The notes under the pieces: model-generated
What the model was told of the DNA's origin: nothing
Databases searched by the model: none
Seen by the model: only the letters and a program-made list of their open reading frames with translations
Position numbers and translations under genes: made by a program
In this document: positions 37,785 to 47,360 of the stretch, one piece after another
How the letters are laid out: every line of letters begins with the position of its first letter
Position numbering within the stretch: the stretch's first letter is position 1
From: Candidatus Aminicenantes bacterium
GTDB taxonomy: Bacteria; Acidobacteriota; Aminicenantia; Aminicenantales; JAFGBC01
Direction of reading: 5' to 3'
DNA: 64,000 nucleotides
NCBI GenBank assembly: GCA_963702005.1
Contig: OY969696.1
Span: 992,001-1,056,000, forward strand

Positions 37785-40496
37785 ATGAGTCTCGTCGGAA
37801 AAACGATCGGCCGTATCCGGATCCTGGATATCCTCGGCCAAGGCGGGATGGGAGAGGTTTATGTCGCCTTCGACGAAGTCCTCAAAAGGAAAGTGGCCGT
37901 CAAGGCGATTGGCGCGGGGATTCGGCTCGACCCGCGGGCCAAGGCGCGTTTCCTGAGAGAAGCCCGCGCCCTCTCGCAGCTCGAGGATCCTCACATCTGC
38001 CGGATCCACGATTATATCGACGGCGTCGAGAACGATTTTCTCATCCTTGAGTTCATCGAGGGGAAGACGCTCGCTCGAGCCATGCGGGAAGGGCTGACAA
38101 AGTCCCAGAAGGTCAGAATCGCCGAGCAGATCGCTCAGGTTCTCGCCCTCGCTCACGGGAAGGGCGTCGTTCATCGCGATCTCAAGCCCGCCAACATCAT
38201 GCTTGTCCAAGGCGATCAGGTCAAGGTCCTCGATTTCGGTCTGGCCAGCTTCGTCAAATCGCAGGCGCAGACGCCGGGGCCGTTGATGGAGGAGGGCGTT
38301 TATAAAGCGAGGCCGGGCGATCTTGAGGAGGAAAAGCTTGGGGACTTGACGCTTACCCTTTCCTCATCTCCCGCCGCAGCCGAGATAGCCCCATCCGTTT
38401 CCGGGCTTTCCCCGGCCTCCTTCGAGACCGGGCACGGGATGATTATGGGCACCCTCCTCTATATGAGCCCGGAGCAGGCGCGCGGAGAGGACGTCGGCCC
38501 GTCGAGCGATATGTACTCTTTCGGCCTCCTCCTCCAGGAACTCTTCACCGGGCGGCCGCCCTATGAACAGACGTTGGACGAGGCCTTGCTTCTGGGCAGG
38601 GTCGCCAAGGCGGAGACAAACCCTGTCTCCGGCCTGAGCGGAGACCTGACGAAACTTATCAACCAGCTCAAATCGCTGGCCCCGGCCGCCCGGCCGACGG
38701 CCCTGGAAGCCGCCGATCGTCTCGAGGAAATCCGGGAAAAGCCGGCCCGCAGGATTCGCGCCGTCGTTATCGCCGCCATCCTGATCACCTTCCTGGCGAT
38801 GGGATTGAAGTATGTCCTGGACCTGCGGCGCGAGCGAAGCCTCGCCCTTCAGGCCCGTGATGAGGCGACAAGCGTCGTCGAATTCCTGGTGAACCTCTTC
38901 CAAGTCTCGGATCCCGGCGAAGCCCGGGGGAATACGATTACCGCGCGAGAAATCCTCAGCAAGGGCGCCCAGGAAATCAGCCAGGGCCTCGAACGGCAGC
39001 CCCTAACCCGGGCCAGGTTGATGGAGACGATCGGAAGCGTCTACCAAAAACTGGGACTTTACCGAGATGCCGAGCCTCTCCTCGGCAGAGCCCTTCAAAT
39101 CCGCCAGCAGCTTCTCGGCCCGAAAGATCCGCTGGTTGCGGAGAGCCTCAACAGCCTGGCCGGGCTTTATGAACTCCTGGGCAGACTCCCGGAAGCCGAA
39201 GCCCTTTGCCAGAAGAGCTTGACCATTCGCACGTCGGCCCTGCCTTCCGACCATCCCGCGATAGCCGAGAGCTTGAACCTCCTCGCCCGGATCCATTACC
39301 AAAATGGGAAGTTCAAAGACGCGGATTCCCTTTTTCATCAGGCCCTTGCTATCCGCGAAAAGGCGCTGGGACCGAATCACCCCGCCGTCGCCGAAAGCCT
39401 GACCGACCTGGGGCGCCTGTATTACACGGAGAGCAGGTTTGACGATGCGGAAAAGTGTTATCAAAGAGCCCTCGTCATCAAGGAAACGATTTTGGGGGCG
39501 GACCACCCGGACGTCGGGCAGGGCCTCAATAGCCTGGCCGGGCTCTACCTCTGGCTGCGCCGCTACGCGGACGCTGAACCCCTCTACAAGAGAGCCCTGG
39601 CCATCCGGGAAAAAACCCTGGGCCCCGTCCATCCGGACGTGGCTGTCTGTCTTTTCAACCTCGGCATCCTTTATCACTACCAGAAAAAATGGCCCGAGGC
39701 GGAAAAATTCTACCGGCAGGCTCTTGATATTCAGAAAAAAGCCCTCGGGGAATTCCACCCCGATGTGGCCGACACCTATGAGGCTCTGGCTCAGGTTTTC
39801 CATGAGTCGGGAAAATACAAGGATGCCGAGCCTTTCTATCAGCACGCTCTGGCCATCAATGAAAAGACCGCGGGCCAGGATCACCCCCAGCTGAGTCATT
39901 GCCTGAACAACCTCGGGATCCTCTACACCGACTTGGGCAAATTCTCAGAAGCGGAGTCCGTGCTCTTGAGGTCCCTGAGAATTCAAGAAAAGGCCTGGGG
40001 GATCGAGAATTCGCGGCTAGCCAGGACCCTGGAACATCTGGGCGATCTCTACAGCAAGAGCCGAAAGCCGGATGCCGCGACGGCCGCTTACGGTCGTGCT
40101 CTTGCCGTCGTGGAGAAAGAATACGGCCCAGAACATTCGGAATTGGCGGCCCCCCTGATCGGCCTCGGCTCCGCCTTGGCAGAGCAGGGGCGCTTGGAAG
40201 AAGCGGAAAAAAACCTGCTTCGGGCGCTGGCCATAGGAGAAAAGAACGCCGACCTCGACAGGGAGGTCTTCGCCGATGGTCTCTTCGTGTTGGCGAAGTT
40301 CTACCACAGGAAACTCGTTCGCCCCAAGCAAGCCGAACAATTCTACAAGCGGGCATTGGAGGTTCAAGAGAAAGCGACCGGAGCGGGCTCCAAGGAGGTG
40401 AAGAGCATCATCGCTCCGTACGCTGAGCTCCTCCGGAGCCTGGGACGAGCGAAAGAGGCCGAGAAAATCGAAGTCCGGAGGAAAGGAACTCCGTAA
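37785..40496 (+). CDS. Membrane Ser/Thr protein kinase with long TPR array
   Basis: LGQGGMGEVY, HRDLKPAN, DFG, YMSPEQARG; TM helix; kinesin-light-chain-type TPRs (LGPxHPxVAxSLxxL). Confidence 0.95.
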   Translation: MSLVGKTIGRIRILDILGQGGMGEVYVAFDEVLKRKVAVKAIGAGIRLDPRAKARFLREARALSQLEDPHICRIHDYIDGVENDFLILEFIEGKTLARAMREGLTKSQKVRIAEQIAQVLALAHGKGVVHRDLKPANIMLVQGDQVKVLDFGLASFVKSQAQTPGPLMEEGVYKARPGDLEEEKLGDLTLTLSSSPAAAEIAPSVSGLSPASFETGHGMIMGTLLYMSPEQARGEDVGPSSDMYSFGLLLQELFTGRPPYEQTLDEALLLGRVAKAETNPVSGLSGDLTKLINQLKSLAPAARPTALEAADRLEEIREKPARRIRAVVIAAILITFLAMGLKYVLDLRRERSLALQARDEATSVVEFLVNLFQVSDPGEARGNTITAREILSKGAQEISQGLERQPLTRARLMETIGSVYQKLGLYRDAEPLLGRALQIRQQLLGPKDPLVAESLNSLAGLYELLGRLPEAEALCQKSLTIRTSALPSDHPAIAESLNLLARIHYQNGKFKDADSLFHQALAIREKALGPNHPAVAESLTDLGRLYYTESRFDDAEKCYQRALVIKETILGADHPDVGQGLNSLAGLYLWLRRYADAEPLYKRALAIREKTLGPVHPDVAVCLFNLGILYHYQKKWPEAEKFYRQALDIQKKALGEFHPDVADTYEALAQVFHESGKYKDAEPFYQHALAINEKTAGQDHPQLSHCLNNLGILYTDLGKFSEAESVLLRSLRIQEKAWGIENSRLARTLEHLGDLYSKSRKPDAATAAYGRALAVVEKEYGPEHSELAAPLIGLGSALAEQGRLEEAEKNLLRALAIGEKNADLDREVFADGLFVLAKFYHRKLVRPKQAEQFYKRALEVQEKATGAGSKEVKSIIAPYAELLRSLGRAKEAEKIEVRRKGTP

Positions 40497-40499
40497 TTC

Positions 40500-40678
40500 C
40501 GGGGCTTCGCTCTTCGCTCTGTGGACATAGCGCGAGGAACCCATTCGGCTTGCGTCCCAGCCCAGCGCCATTCTGTCGCCTTTCTTGACCTCGCGCGGCG
40601 GGCGCGGCGGCCGGTACTGATCGCTTAGTTAAGAAGCGAATTTTCAAAGGGCGGATTTCCTGGGATGGGAAGTTCGCC
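40500..40678 (+). pseudogene. Degenerate RRM remnant plus decayed terminator
   Basis: CGGGGCTTCG at 40500; GGGCGCGGCGGCCGGTACTGA (GRGGRY*) TCGCTTAGTTAAGAAGCGAATTTTCAAAGGGCGGATTTCC. Confidence 0.7.
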
Positions 40679-40740
40679 AGGCTGACGAACTTGATATCCT
40701 CCAGGCAATCGAGTTATCCTCTGTTCAAAAGGAGGGATTT

Positions 40741-41520
40741 ATGAAACACAACAAGCCGTTGGCCTCGATCTTGGGGCTCATCGTTATCCTCGGCGTCTTG
40801 CCCGCCGCTATTCGTTCCCAGGAAGCTCAGCCGCAGCTCTATCTCGCGGGCGATTTCCTGGCCGACACCTCTCGAGTCGGCGAATATGAGGCGGCCCTCA
40901 AGGAACTCCTGGCCAACCTGGAAAAGCACGGCTTCCCCTTTCGCCTCGATATCTACAGTACGCACGACAGCCATTATTACCTGGTCTTTCCATTAAAAAA
41001 CTATGCTGACGCCGACCTGTGGATTAAGGCCTGGGGAGAGTTGGGGCGGAAGATGGGGCCGCAAAATCTGCAGGCGGTTCATGGCCGAATCGTCGCCTGC
41101 GAGATCGAACGCGTCTATCAGTTCTGGTATTACCGTCCCGATATCTCGTTTCTCCCGGAAAAGGAGCGCTTAGAAACGGAAGAAATCGGCTATACCACCT
41201 GGGATTTCGTCTGGGTCATCCCGGGGAAAGAGGCGGAATTCGAGGCCATCAACAAGGAGTGGATCGCCCTTAGCAAAGCCAAGAAGGCGCGGGATCCTTT
41301 CTTGACCTTTGTGGGCGACCTGGGCACGAAGATGCCGGTTTATGTCTGGATGGAGTACGGTAAAAGCGCCGCGGATTATGCCGCCGCGGAAGAAATTTTC
41401 TGGAAGGGGATGGGGGAGGAGGGCGCCGCGCTGTCGAAGAGGACCCGGGCCCTTATCAGGAAAATGGAGTCGAAAACCGGACGGTATCGGCCCGACCTCT
41501 CCTATGCCCCGAAGAAATAG
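40741..41520 (+). CDS. Secreted hypothetical protein, possibly two NIPSNAP-like alpha/beta barrels
   Basis: GGAGGG RBS, signal peptide, duplicated halves ending YRPDISF and YRPDLSY. Confidence 0.8.
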   Translation: MKHNKPLASILGLIVILGVLPAAIRSQEAQPQLYLAGDFLADTSRVGEYEAALKELLANLEKHGFPFRLDIYSTHDSHYYLVFPLKNYADADLWIKAWGELGRKMGPQNLQAVHGRIVACEIERVYQFWYYRPDISFLPEKERLETEEIGYTTWDFVWVIPGKEAEFEAINKEWIALSKAKKARDPFLTFVGDLGTKMPVYVWMEYGKSAADYAAAEEIFWKGMGEEGAALSKRTRALIRKMESKTGRYRPDLSYAPKK

Positions 41521-41534
41521 CCCATCCGGTCTTT

Positions 41535-42536
41535 CTACAGTCCGATGGCGATCCCCGCTTTCAGTTGAAAGCCGGAGATGTCCAGGAAAAACCTGGTTGT
41601 GCCTCCCCAGTAGGACCAGTAGGAAGCGTCGTAATTATTGCCCGCCATCAAACCATAGAGACGGCCCCAATCTCGATAGACATCGTACGGAACCTGCAAC
41701 CACAGCTTGTCGTCCCAATTTTCGGAGTGGACGATCGGTTCAGCGCCGGGGTTCCGAATTTCCGTTCGGAGGGTTCCGGGGCCCTTCAAATCGGAGGTGT
41801 GGCGGAAGGCGAAGCCGCCTTCGGCGAAGAGGCTGAGAAATTTCACCGGACGGATGCGGAGCCGGGCGCCTATCTCGCCGCAGATTCCGGTGTTACGGCC
41901 GGTCATATCCAAGATCGTTGTCGTTTCGTAGCGCCGGCCTTGGCTGTCGACGATGATATCGCGGCGTTCGAAGCTGGACCGGCACTCGGCGAACATCGGG
42001 CCGCCGCCGATGAACAGCTCGAACCGGAGCGCCGATAGAAAGTTCCATCCGAAGCGCGCCTGGAGTTCCGGAATCCAGCCCGAGGCCGAGAGTTGGAAGG
42101 AGGGGAGGCGGTATTCGGCGCCGCTCCCGTCGGGGGCGGTGACGACCATGCCGACGGTGGAACTGCGGTCGCCTTTCACGCGCTGAATCCCGAGCGACAA
42201 AGTGAGCGTTGGGGTGGCCTTGTAGGTGAGGCGGACGCCGAATGGGAGGACGCGGTCCAGGGACCGGATCCGGGAGTCGCCGGTCCGGGTCGTTGTCGCA
42301 TCCTTGCCGTAAATGAATTCGTATTTATCGATGGTGAAAAAATTCAGGTAGGATTCCTCGTACCGGGAGATGGTGTTGAGCTCTTTGGGATTGATTTTCG
42401 AGAATCCGCCGTAGATTTCCAGGCCGAAATTGGCGAAGCTGAACGGTAAGCCTTGTTCTTGGGCTTGGACGGGCTGCGGAAAAATGGCGATACAAGCGGC
42501 GAAGAGAGCGAATACGACCCCATATCTTGTTTTCAA
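41535..42536 (-). CDS. Outer-membrane beta-barrel-like protein
   Basis: TTG start after AAGGAGG; signal peptide; alternating beta-strands; C-terminal GFQLKAGIAIGL. Confidence 0.75.
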   Translation of the reverse strand: MKTRYGVVFALFAACIAIFPQPVQAQEQGLPFSFANFGLEIYGGFSKINPKELNTISRYEESYLNFFTIDKYEFIYGKDATTTRTGDSRIRSLDRVLPFGVRLTYKATPTLTLSLGIQRVKGDRSSTVGMVVTAPDGSGAEYRLPSFQLSASGWIPELQARFGWNFLSALRFELFIGGGPMFAECRSSFERRDIIVDSQGRRYETTTILDMTGRNTGICGEIGARLRIRPVKFLSLFAEGGFAFRHTSDLKGPGTLRTEIRNPGAEPIVHSENWDDKLWLQVPYDVYRDWGRLYGLMAGNNYDASYWSYWGGTTRFFLDISGFQLKAGIAIGL

Positions 42537-42644
42537 GGCATCCTCCTTCTCGCTGTTTCCATGGTCGAGATGATGATATTTGGGATAACGGGGATAATCA
42601 TAATATCCAATTATAATACGTCGGAACGAAGAAAAATGTTACCC

Positions 42645-42775
42645 GGGCGGCGAGGCGCGGCGGCCGGTCCTGATTGCTCGCTCCTAGAACCGATTCTTCA
42701 ATCCCCTCGCGGGATCCCACGGACGTAAGTCCGTGGAGCTTCAGGGCGGATTTTCAATTTTGGGAAGTCCGCTCA
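42645..42775 (+). pseudogene. RRM 3' remnant plus terminator containing a mini-element
   Basis: GGCGCGGCGGCCGGTCCTGA...ATTCTTCA[mini-element]GGGCGGATTTT..GGAAGTCCGCTC. Confidence 0.65.
42701..42743 (+). mobile_element. 43-bp palindromic mini-element (copy 2)
   Basis: ATCCCCTCGCGGGATCCCACGGACGTAAGTCCGTGGAGCTTCA inserted after TTCA; absent at 35276. Confidence 0.65.
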
Positions 42776-42912
42776 CCAACACCGAACCGGATCTGAGCTT
42801 TGCTTAATTCAGGTTACTACGGGGAGCAGAATAAACATTGCATAATCCTTGCTGCTCCCCGAGTACTAGCCGGGCGATAAGGAAATATGGAGTCAACTAT
42901 ATTTCGCCCGGC

Positions 42913-44109
42913 TTAGTAATGAGATAGAGCAAGCCCCCCCGTCCGGGGCTCGAAGTCCAGCACCACAAAAGACTCTTGGTCGGGGCGTCCCGGAGCGATA
43001 TGGAGCTCCGGATGATCGCCCAGGACCATTATGGTGCACCCGTATGTTCCCGCGTTGTTAATCCCGGAGTTGCGGTCGGAGAACACGCGTTTGAGAACGG
43101 CCAGGTCGAGAGCCGCCGCGTTGTCCTTGAATGTTTCCTGGAGAAATCTGAACCTGGGGCAGCGGGCTTTATAGGCTTCCAGAGTCATGCCCTTTTTATT
43201 GAGTCCCTCGATGAACCTCGGATTGAAGTCGTCGTTGGCCAGCGGATGGTTCGTGTGGTAAGTGAATTCGGCGCCTTCAAAGGGGATGAATTCGACCATC
43301 CGGTTCGCCGAGCGCTCGAAGCCGGCGCCCTCCTTCGGGCCGCCGATGACATAGTTCTGGGGAGCGGCCGGCTGGATCTCTTTGAGGAAGCGAACGGCAT
43401 CCTGATAGGTTTTTTGCCGGAGAATCCCCCTGATGACGAAGTCGACGGGGAGGCCTTTGGCGGAGTAGGCGAGCTGGGTGACGGCGTTGACGCAAACGGC
43501 GACGGAGCGGTCGTTCAGGCCGTTCGCGGCCACAACTCCCGGGATCGTAAAAACGAGGGCGTCCGGCTCGTCGGCGTTTCCCTCGATGCGCAGAACCGTC
43601 TGGTATCCGTGATAAAAGGCCGGGATATCCAGGTTCTGAGCGACCAGAGCGGGCGAACCGCCCCTTCTTCGGGCGCCGATGGACGTGCACTTCGAAAGGC
43701 CGAGGTCGTCGCTCATGACCCAGGTCTCGTCGATGAGCTGGTAAGCGTACATGGTCGTAAAATCGATCCCGGCGCCGTCGGCGATGCCGCGGACTTCGTC
43801 CAGGAGTCCGGGCGTCCAGCGTTCGATGGCGGGCTGGAAGTCTGTCGCCTCGAGAAGCCTTTGGATATAGGTCGTCGCCGGAACAGAGAAGTTCTTTTCG
43901 AGGTCCGCTTTCCAGCGTTTGACGAGCTCCTGGATTTCCGGCTTGAGGCTCCGGCCGTGGATTTGCCCCTGCTCGTAGGGCGTTCCCTTGAGCTCAATAA
44001 CCCGGAGCTTCCCTTCTCCTGCCGTAGGCGAAGAGTCCTCCGGCATAATGGCAAGTGAAACGATGAGGACGAAGAATACGGATGAAAAAAGAAGACGCCA
44101 TTTTCGCAT
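42913..44109 (-). CDS. Peptidase C45 family (Ntn autoproteolytic acyltransferase/hydrolase)
   Basis: GTPYEQGQIHG, EVRGIADGAG, KCTS nucleophile, AQNLD, HTNH. Confidence 0.9.
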   Translation of the reverse strand: MRKWRLLFSSVFFVLIVSLAIMPEDSSPTAGEGKLRVIELKGTPYEQGQIHGRSLKPEIQELVKRWKADLEKNFSVPATTYIQRLLEATDFQPAIERWTPGLLDEVRGIADGAGIDFTTMYAYQLIDETWVMSDDLGLSKCTSIGARRRGGSPALVAQNLDIPAFYHGYQTVLRIEGNADEPDALVFTIPGVVAANGLNDRSVAVCVNAVTQLAYSAKGLPVDFVIRGILRQKTYQDAVRFLKEIQPAAPQNYVIGGPKEGAGFERSANRMVEFIPFEGAEFTYHTNHPLANDDFNPRFIEGLNKKGMTLEAYKARCPRFRFLQETFKDNAAALDLAVLKRVFSDRNSGINNAGTYGCTIMVLGDHPELHIAPGRPDQESFVVLDFEPRTGGLALSHY

Positions 44110-44137
44110 GGAAAGACTATATCACGATCTGCTTATC

Positions 44138-44167
44138 TTGACATCACTGCGCAGCCGGCGATATAGT
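44138..44167 (+). promoter_or_regulatory. sigma70 promoter
   Basis: TTGACA-18-TATAGT upstream of 44215. Confidence 0.55.
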
Positions 44168-44214
44168 CGTCAAATCGCTTTCCGCATGCTGCTTGCAATT
44201 ATGGAGAACCAGCC

Positions 44215-45729
44215 ATGAAGATGTTGGGTTTGCGCATCTCGATTATGAGACGAGTTTGCTATTCTTTCGTTTTGGCGCTTCTTCTGCATACATTTCTTCA
44301 GGCTCAACCCGGTCCGGAGGGATTACGAATCGTGTTCATGGAACCGGATTCAACCCATGAAACCGGTTCATTGCCCGCGTTCCGTGCTGTTGCGGATACG
44401 GCCCGGCTCCAGATGTACCGTGCCTGGCTCGATAATGATGCGGCGCGCTGGGCGTTCGATCTGTATCGGCGCGCATGGGCTATTGAGCGGGGATACGATC
44501 CGACGCTCCCGCCCGAAGCGGTCTATTACATTGCCCTGGTTCCGGGTGGAAATCATGCCGCCGTGGGGTTTCGATTATTCGAAAATGCGGACGTTCAAGA
44601 CTATCCGAGGGCGACCTACATCAAGCTGGCCCCGGACGATTGGCTGTTCGACTCGACACTGCTCCATGAGACCGGCCATATGCTGCTCGCCATTTTGAAC
44701 GGGGGAAGGGAAGTGCCGAAGAGGGAGATCGCAGCGATCCCCCATACCACGGCCGCCCTCACCGACCGCGGCACGGCCTTCGATGAAGGATTTGCCATCC
44801 ACCTCGAAACGCTCGCGGCGCATTTCCTGTCAGGCCCGGTTATTAAGGACCGCTACGACCATCAGCGGTTCATGTTCGGCACGCCGTTGCTGCAGGGAGA
44901 ATACCATCGGCCGGCGGGAGATCTGCTCAGCTTCTCGCAAACCCGGGCTCGCTATTTCGAGGTGCGGGAGAATTATTTTGCCTTCGGCCCGGCCTTCAAA
45001 GGGCCCGATTATCTGCGCGTCGAGATGGAAAAGGGGAGAGATTTTGCCGCCCTGCGCGATGCGAACCAGCTTCTGCAATCGGAAGGGTTTACGGCAACCT
45101 TCTTCTTCGGTTTCCTTCTCCGCGGAGACCGCCCGGTCGCCGCGGACATCGTCTCTCAGCGGCAGACGGAGATGCTGGAAACCCTGGCGGCGATGTTTTC
45201 GACGGAGGAGAAGAGCGCGGAGTCGCCTTTCATCTTGGATTTCATTCGAACCTTCATGAAAAAGCATCCGGGCGAAGCGAAGGAGGCGCTGGATGTCCTG
45301 CTCGATCTTTCCCACGGCGTGTTCGTCGACCGGGCCGCCCCCAAACTTTGGCGCGACCACTATCTGAATGCCCTTCGGCTGGATTTGAAGGAGAAAAAAA
45401 ACACGGAGATCGAGGCGGCGAGAGACCGCTGGCGAAGCGAGGCGTTAAAAGACCCGAAGGCCCTGTATTCTCTTGTCGGGCCTCAGATTCGCTGCGAAGT
45501 TTCGGAGCGTTCGGTGCTGCTGGTGGCGTTTGAAGAACCCGCGCCGCTCTCATTCGATTTGAACACCGTCGAAGAAGGCGTCATCAGGATGGTCCCGGGA
45601 ATCAGCGACGGGGAAGTTGAATCATGGCTGGCGCAGCGGGCGATAAAGGCCTTTAGCGACGTCGCTGATTTTAAGAAACGAGGCGGATTAAGCGCCGCGG
45701 CGCTTCAGCACATGAGATTCAAGGAATAA
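44215..45729 (+). CDS. Secreted putative zinc metallopeptidase with C-terminal helix-hairpin-helix-like domain
   Basis: LLHETGH plus AFDEGFA; C-terminal FDLNTVEEGVIRMVPGIS...F.DV.DF (ComEA-like). Confidence 0.7.
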   Translation: MKMLGLRISIMRRVCYSFVLALLLHTFLQAQPGPEGLRIVFMEPDSTHETGSLPAFRAVADTARLQMYRAWLDNDAARWAFDLYRRAWAIERGYDPTLPPEAVYYIALVPGGNHAAVGFRLFENADVQDYPRATYIKLAPDDWLFDSTLLHETGHMLLAILNGGREVPKREIAAIPHTTAALTDRGTAFDEGFAIHLETLAAHFLSGPVIKDRYDHQRFMFGTPLLQGEYHRPAGDLLSFSQTRARYFEVRENYFAFGPAFKGPDYLRVEMEKGRDFAALRDANQLLQSEGFTATFFFGFLLRGDRPVAADIVSQRQTEMLETLAAMFSTEEKSAESPFILDFIRTFMKKHPGEAKEALDVLLDLSHGVFVDRAAPKLWRDHYLNALRLDLKEKKNTEIEAARDRWRSEALKDPKALYSLVGPQIRCEVSERSVLLVAFEEPAPLSFDLNTVEEGVIRMVPGISDGEVESWLAQRAIKAFSDVADFKKRGGLSAAALQHMRFKE

Positions 45730-45916
45730 ATCCCAACGGCTGAAACGGCGCGGCGAACGGGAATTTTAGTGGGCTCCTCTTTCATTTTCTTGGAACGAGA
45801 TCGTTGACGCCGCCGCGGACCTTGGGGATCTCTGAAAAAGTTGAGCGCGATCTCGGGGCTGGAAGGGGAGGCTTTATTTCCTATAGAATAGTGATGGATT
45901 GACAAGGAGGACCGTT

Positions 45917-46216
45917 ATGCCGGAACATCCGCTGGCGACGTTGGGAAAACTCGACCCAAAGATGATGGATCACCTCAGGGAAATCAACGACCTCATCTAC
46001 GGGCCGGGAGCGCTCCCCAGGAAATTCAAACTCCTCTTGGCAATGGCCTTCGACGCGGCCCACGGAGCAGACCAGGGCGTGAGGGCGCTGGCCCAGCAGG
46101 CCATCAAGGAAGGCGCGACAAAGGAGGAGATCGCGGAAGCCCTCAGGGTCGCTTATCACCTGTCCGGTGTCGGGACGCTCTACACGGCTTCGAACGGACT
46201 CAAAGACATCTTCTGA
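45917..46216 (+). CDS. Carboxymuconolactone decarboxylase (CMD) family protein
   Basis: AAGGAGG RBS; GALPRKFKLLLAMA, AIKEGATKEEIAEAL; no CxxC. Confidence 0.88.
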   Translation: MPEHPLATLGKLDPKMMDHLREINDLIYGPGALPRKFKLLLAMAFDAAHGADQGVRALAQQAIKEGATKEEIAEALRVAYHLSGVGTLYTASNGLKDIF

Positions 46217-46307
46217 CCGGCCTCAACTTGACACCGTTTTCGGGCCGGTGATATCGTCACGTCGTACTGCGCGTGCGAGAATTCGAGGCTTGAGGAAGGA
46301 GAGAGCC

Positions 46308-47360
46308 GTGAAGCGGATTATCATCCCCTTGATCGCGTTGACCGCGGTTCTGTCGATCGCCGGTCCGCCGGGCATCGGCCAAACGACATCGAAAGGCTCG
46401 ACGGCCGCGCAGCCCGGTAGCGCGCCGGCGGAGGAATTCAAGGTCTGGAAGGTGCCCAACATTCCCGAGGGCGCCGAATGCTATTTTTCCCCCGACGGAA
46501 AGTCGCTCATCTTCAACGGCAAGACGGCGGACAACCAGAACCATCAGGTTTATACCGTCCGCTTGGACGGGACGGACTTGAAGCGGATCAACGACCGGGG
46601 CGTTGACGCCTGTTCCTTTTTCAACCCCAACGGGCACGGCCTGATCTGGACCTCGACCCGGGACAACCTCGACCTGCCGCCCGGGAATTTTTCCGACGTG
46701 AAAAATTACCCGCAGGGTGCCGAGATCTACATTTCCGACCTGGAGGGCGGAAACGTCGTCCGCTTGACGCACAATCAAGTCTATGATGCCGAAGTCACCT
46801 ATGCCCCCGACGGGCACAAGATCCTGTTCGGCCGCCAAGTCGAAGGCCGGATGGACCTGTGGACGATGGACCCCGACGGCGAGAACCAGACGCAGATCAC
46901 CTTTACCCCGGATTGGCAGGAGGGCGGCGCCGTCTTTCTTCCCGACAGCAAGACGATCATCACCCGGGCCTGGAAGAAGTCCGAGCAGGACCTGCCGGCG
47001 AGATCCATGCAGCTGTTTCTCCTCGAAGAGGACGGCTCGAATATGCGGCAGATCACGACGGAGGAAGGGACACACTGGTCTCCTTATCCCGCGCCCGACG
47101 GCCTCCATGCCGTCTATGTCCGGGTCCTCCCCCCGCGCAATTTCGAAATCTTCCTGTTGAACTTGAAGACGGGGGAGGAAAAACGACTGACGGCCGATCC
47201 CGCCTTCGACGGCTTTCCCTCGATCTCACCCGATGGGCGGCTGATGGCCTTCTCGTCGAGCCGGGGCGCCAAGCCCGGAGAACGGACCTTAAGCCTTTAT
47301 TTGATGGACATATCGCCGCTTCGGCTGGGCGGGACTCCGGCCGGCGCCCCGGGCGACTAA
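46308..47360 (+). CDS. TolB-like PD40 beta-propeller protein
   Basis: GTG start after AGGAGAG; signal peptide; repeated SPDG motifs. Confidence 0.88.
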   Translation: MKRIIIPLIALTAVLSIAGPPGIGQTTSKGSTAAQPGSAPAEEFKVWKVPNIPEGAECYFSPDGKSLIFNGKTADNQNHQVYTVRLDGTDLKRINDRGVDACSFFNPNGHGLIWTSTRDNLDLPPGNFSDVKNYPQGAEIYISDLEGGNVVRLTHNQVYDAEVTYAPDGHKILFGRQVEGRMDLWTMDPDGENQTQITFTPDWQEGGAVFLPDSKTIITRAWKKSEQDLPARSMQLFLLEEDGSNMRQITTEEGTHWSPYPAPDGLHAVYVRVLPPRNFEIFLLNLKTGEEKRLTADPAFDGFPSISPDGRLMAFSSSRGAKPGERTLSLYLMDISPLRLGGTPAGAPGD

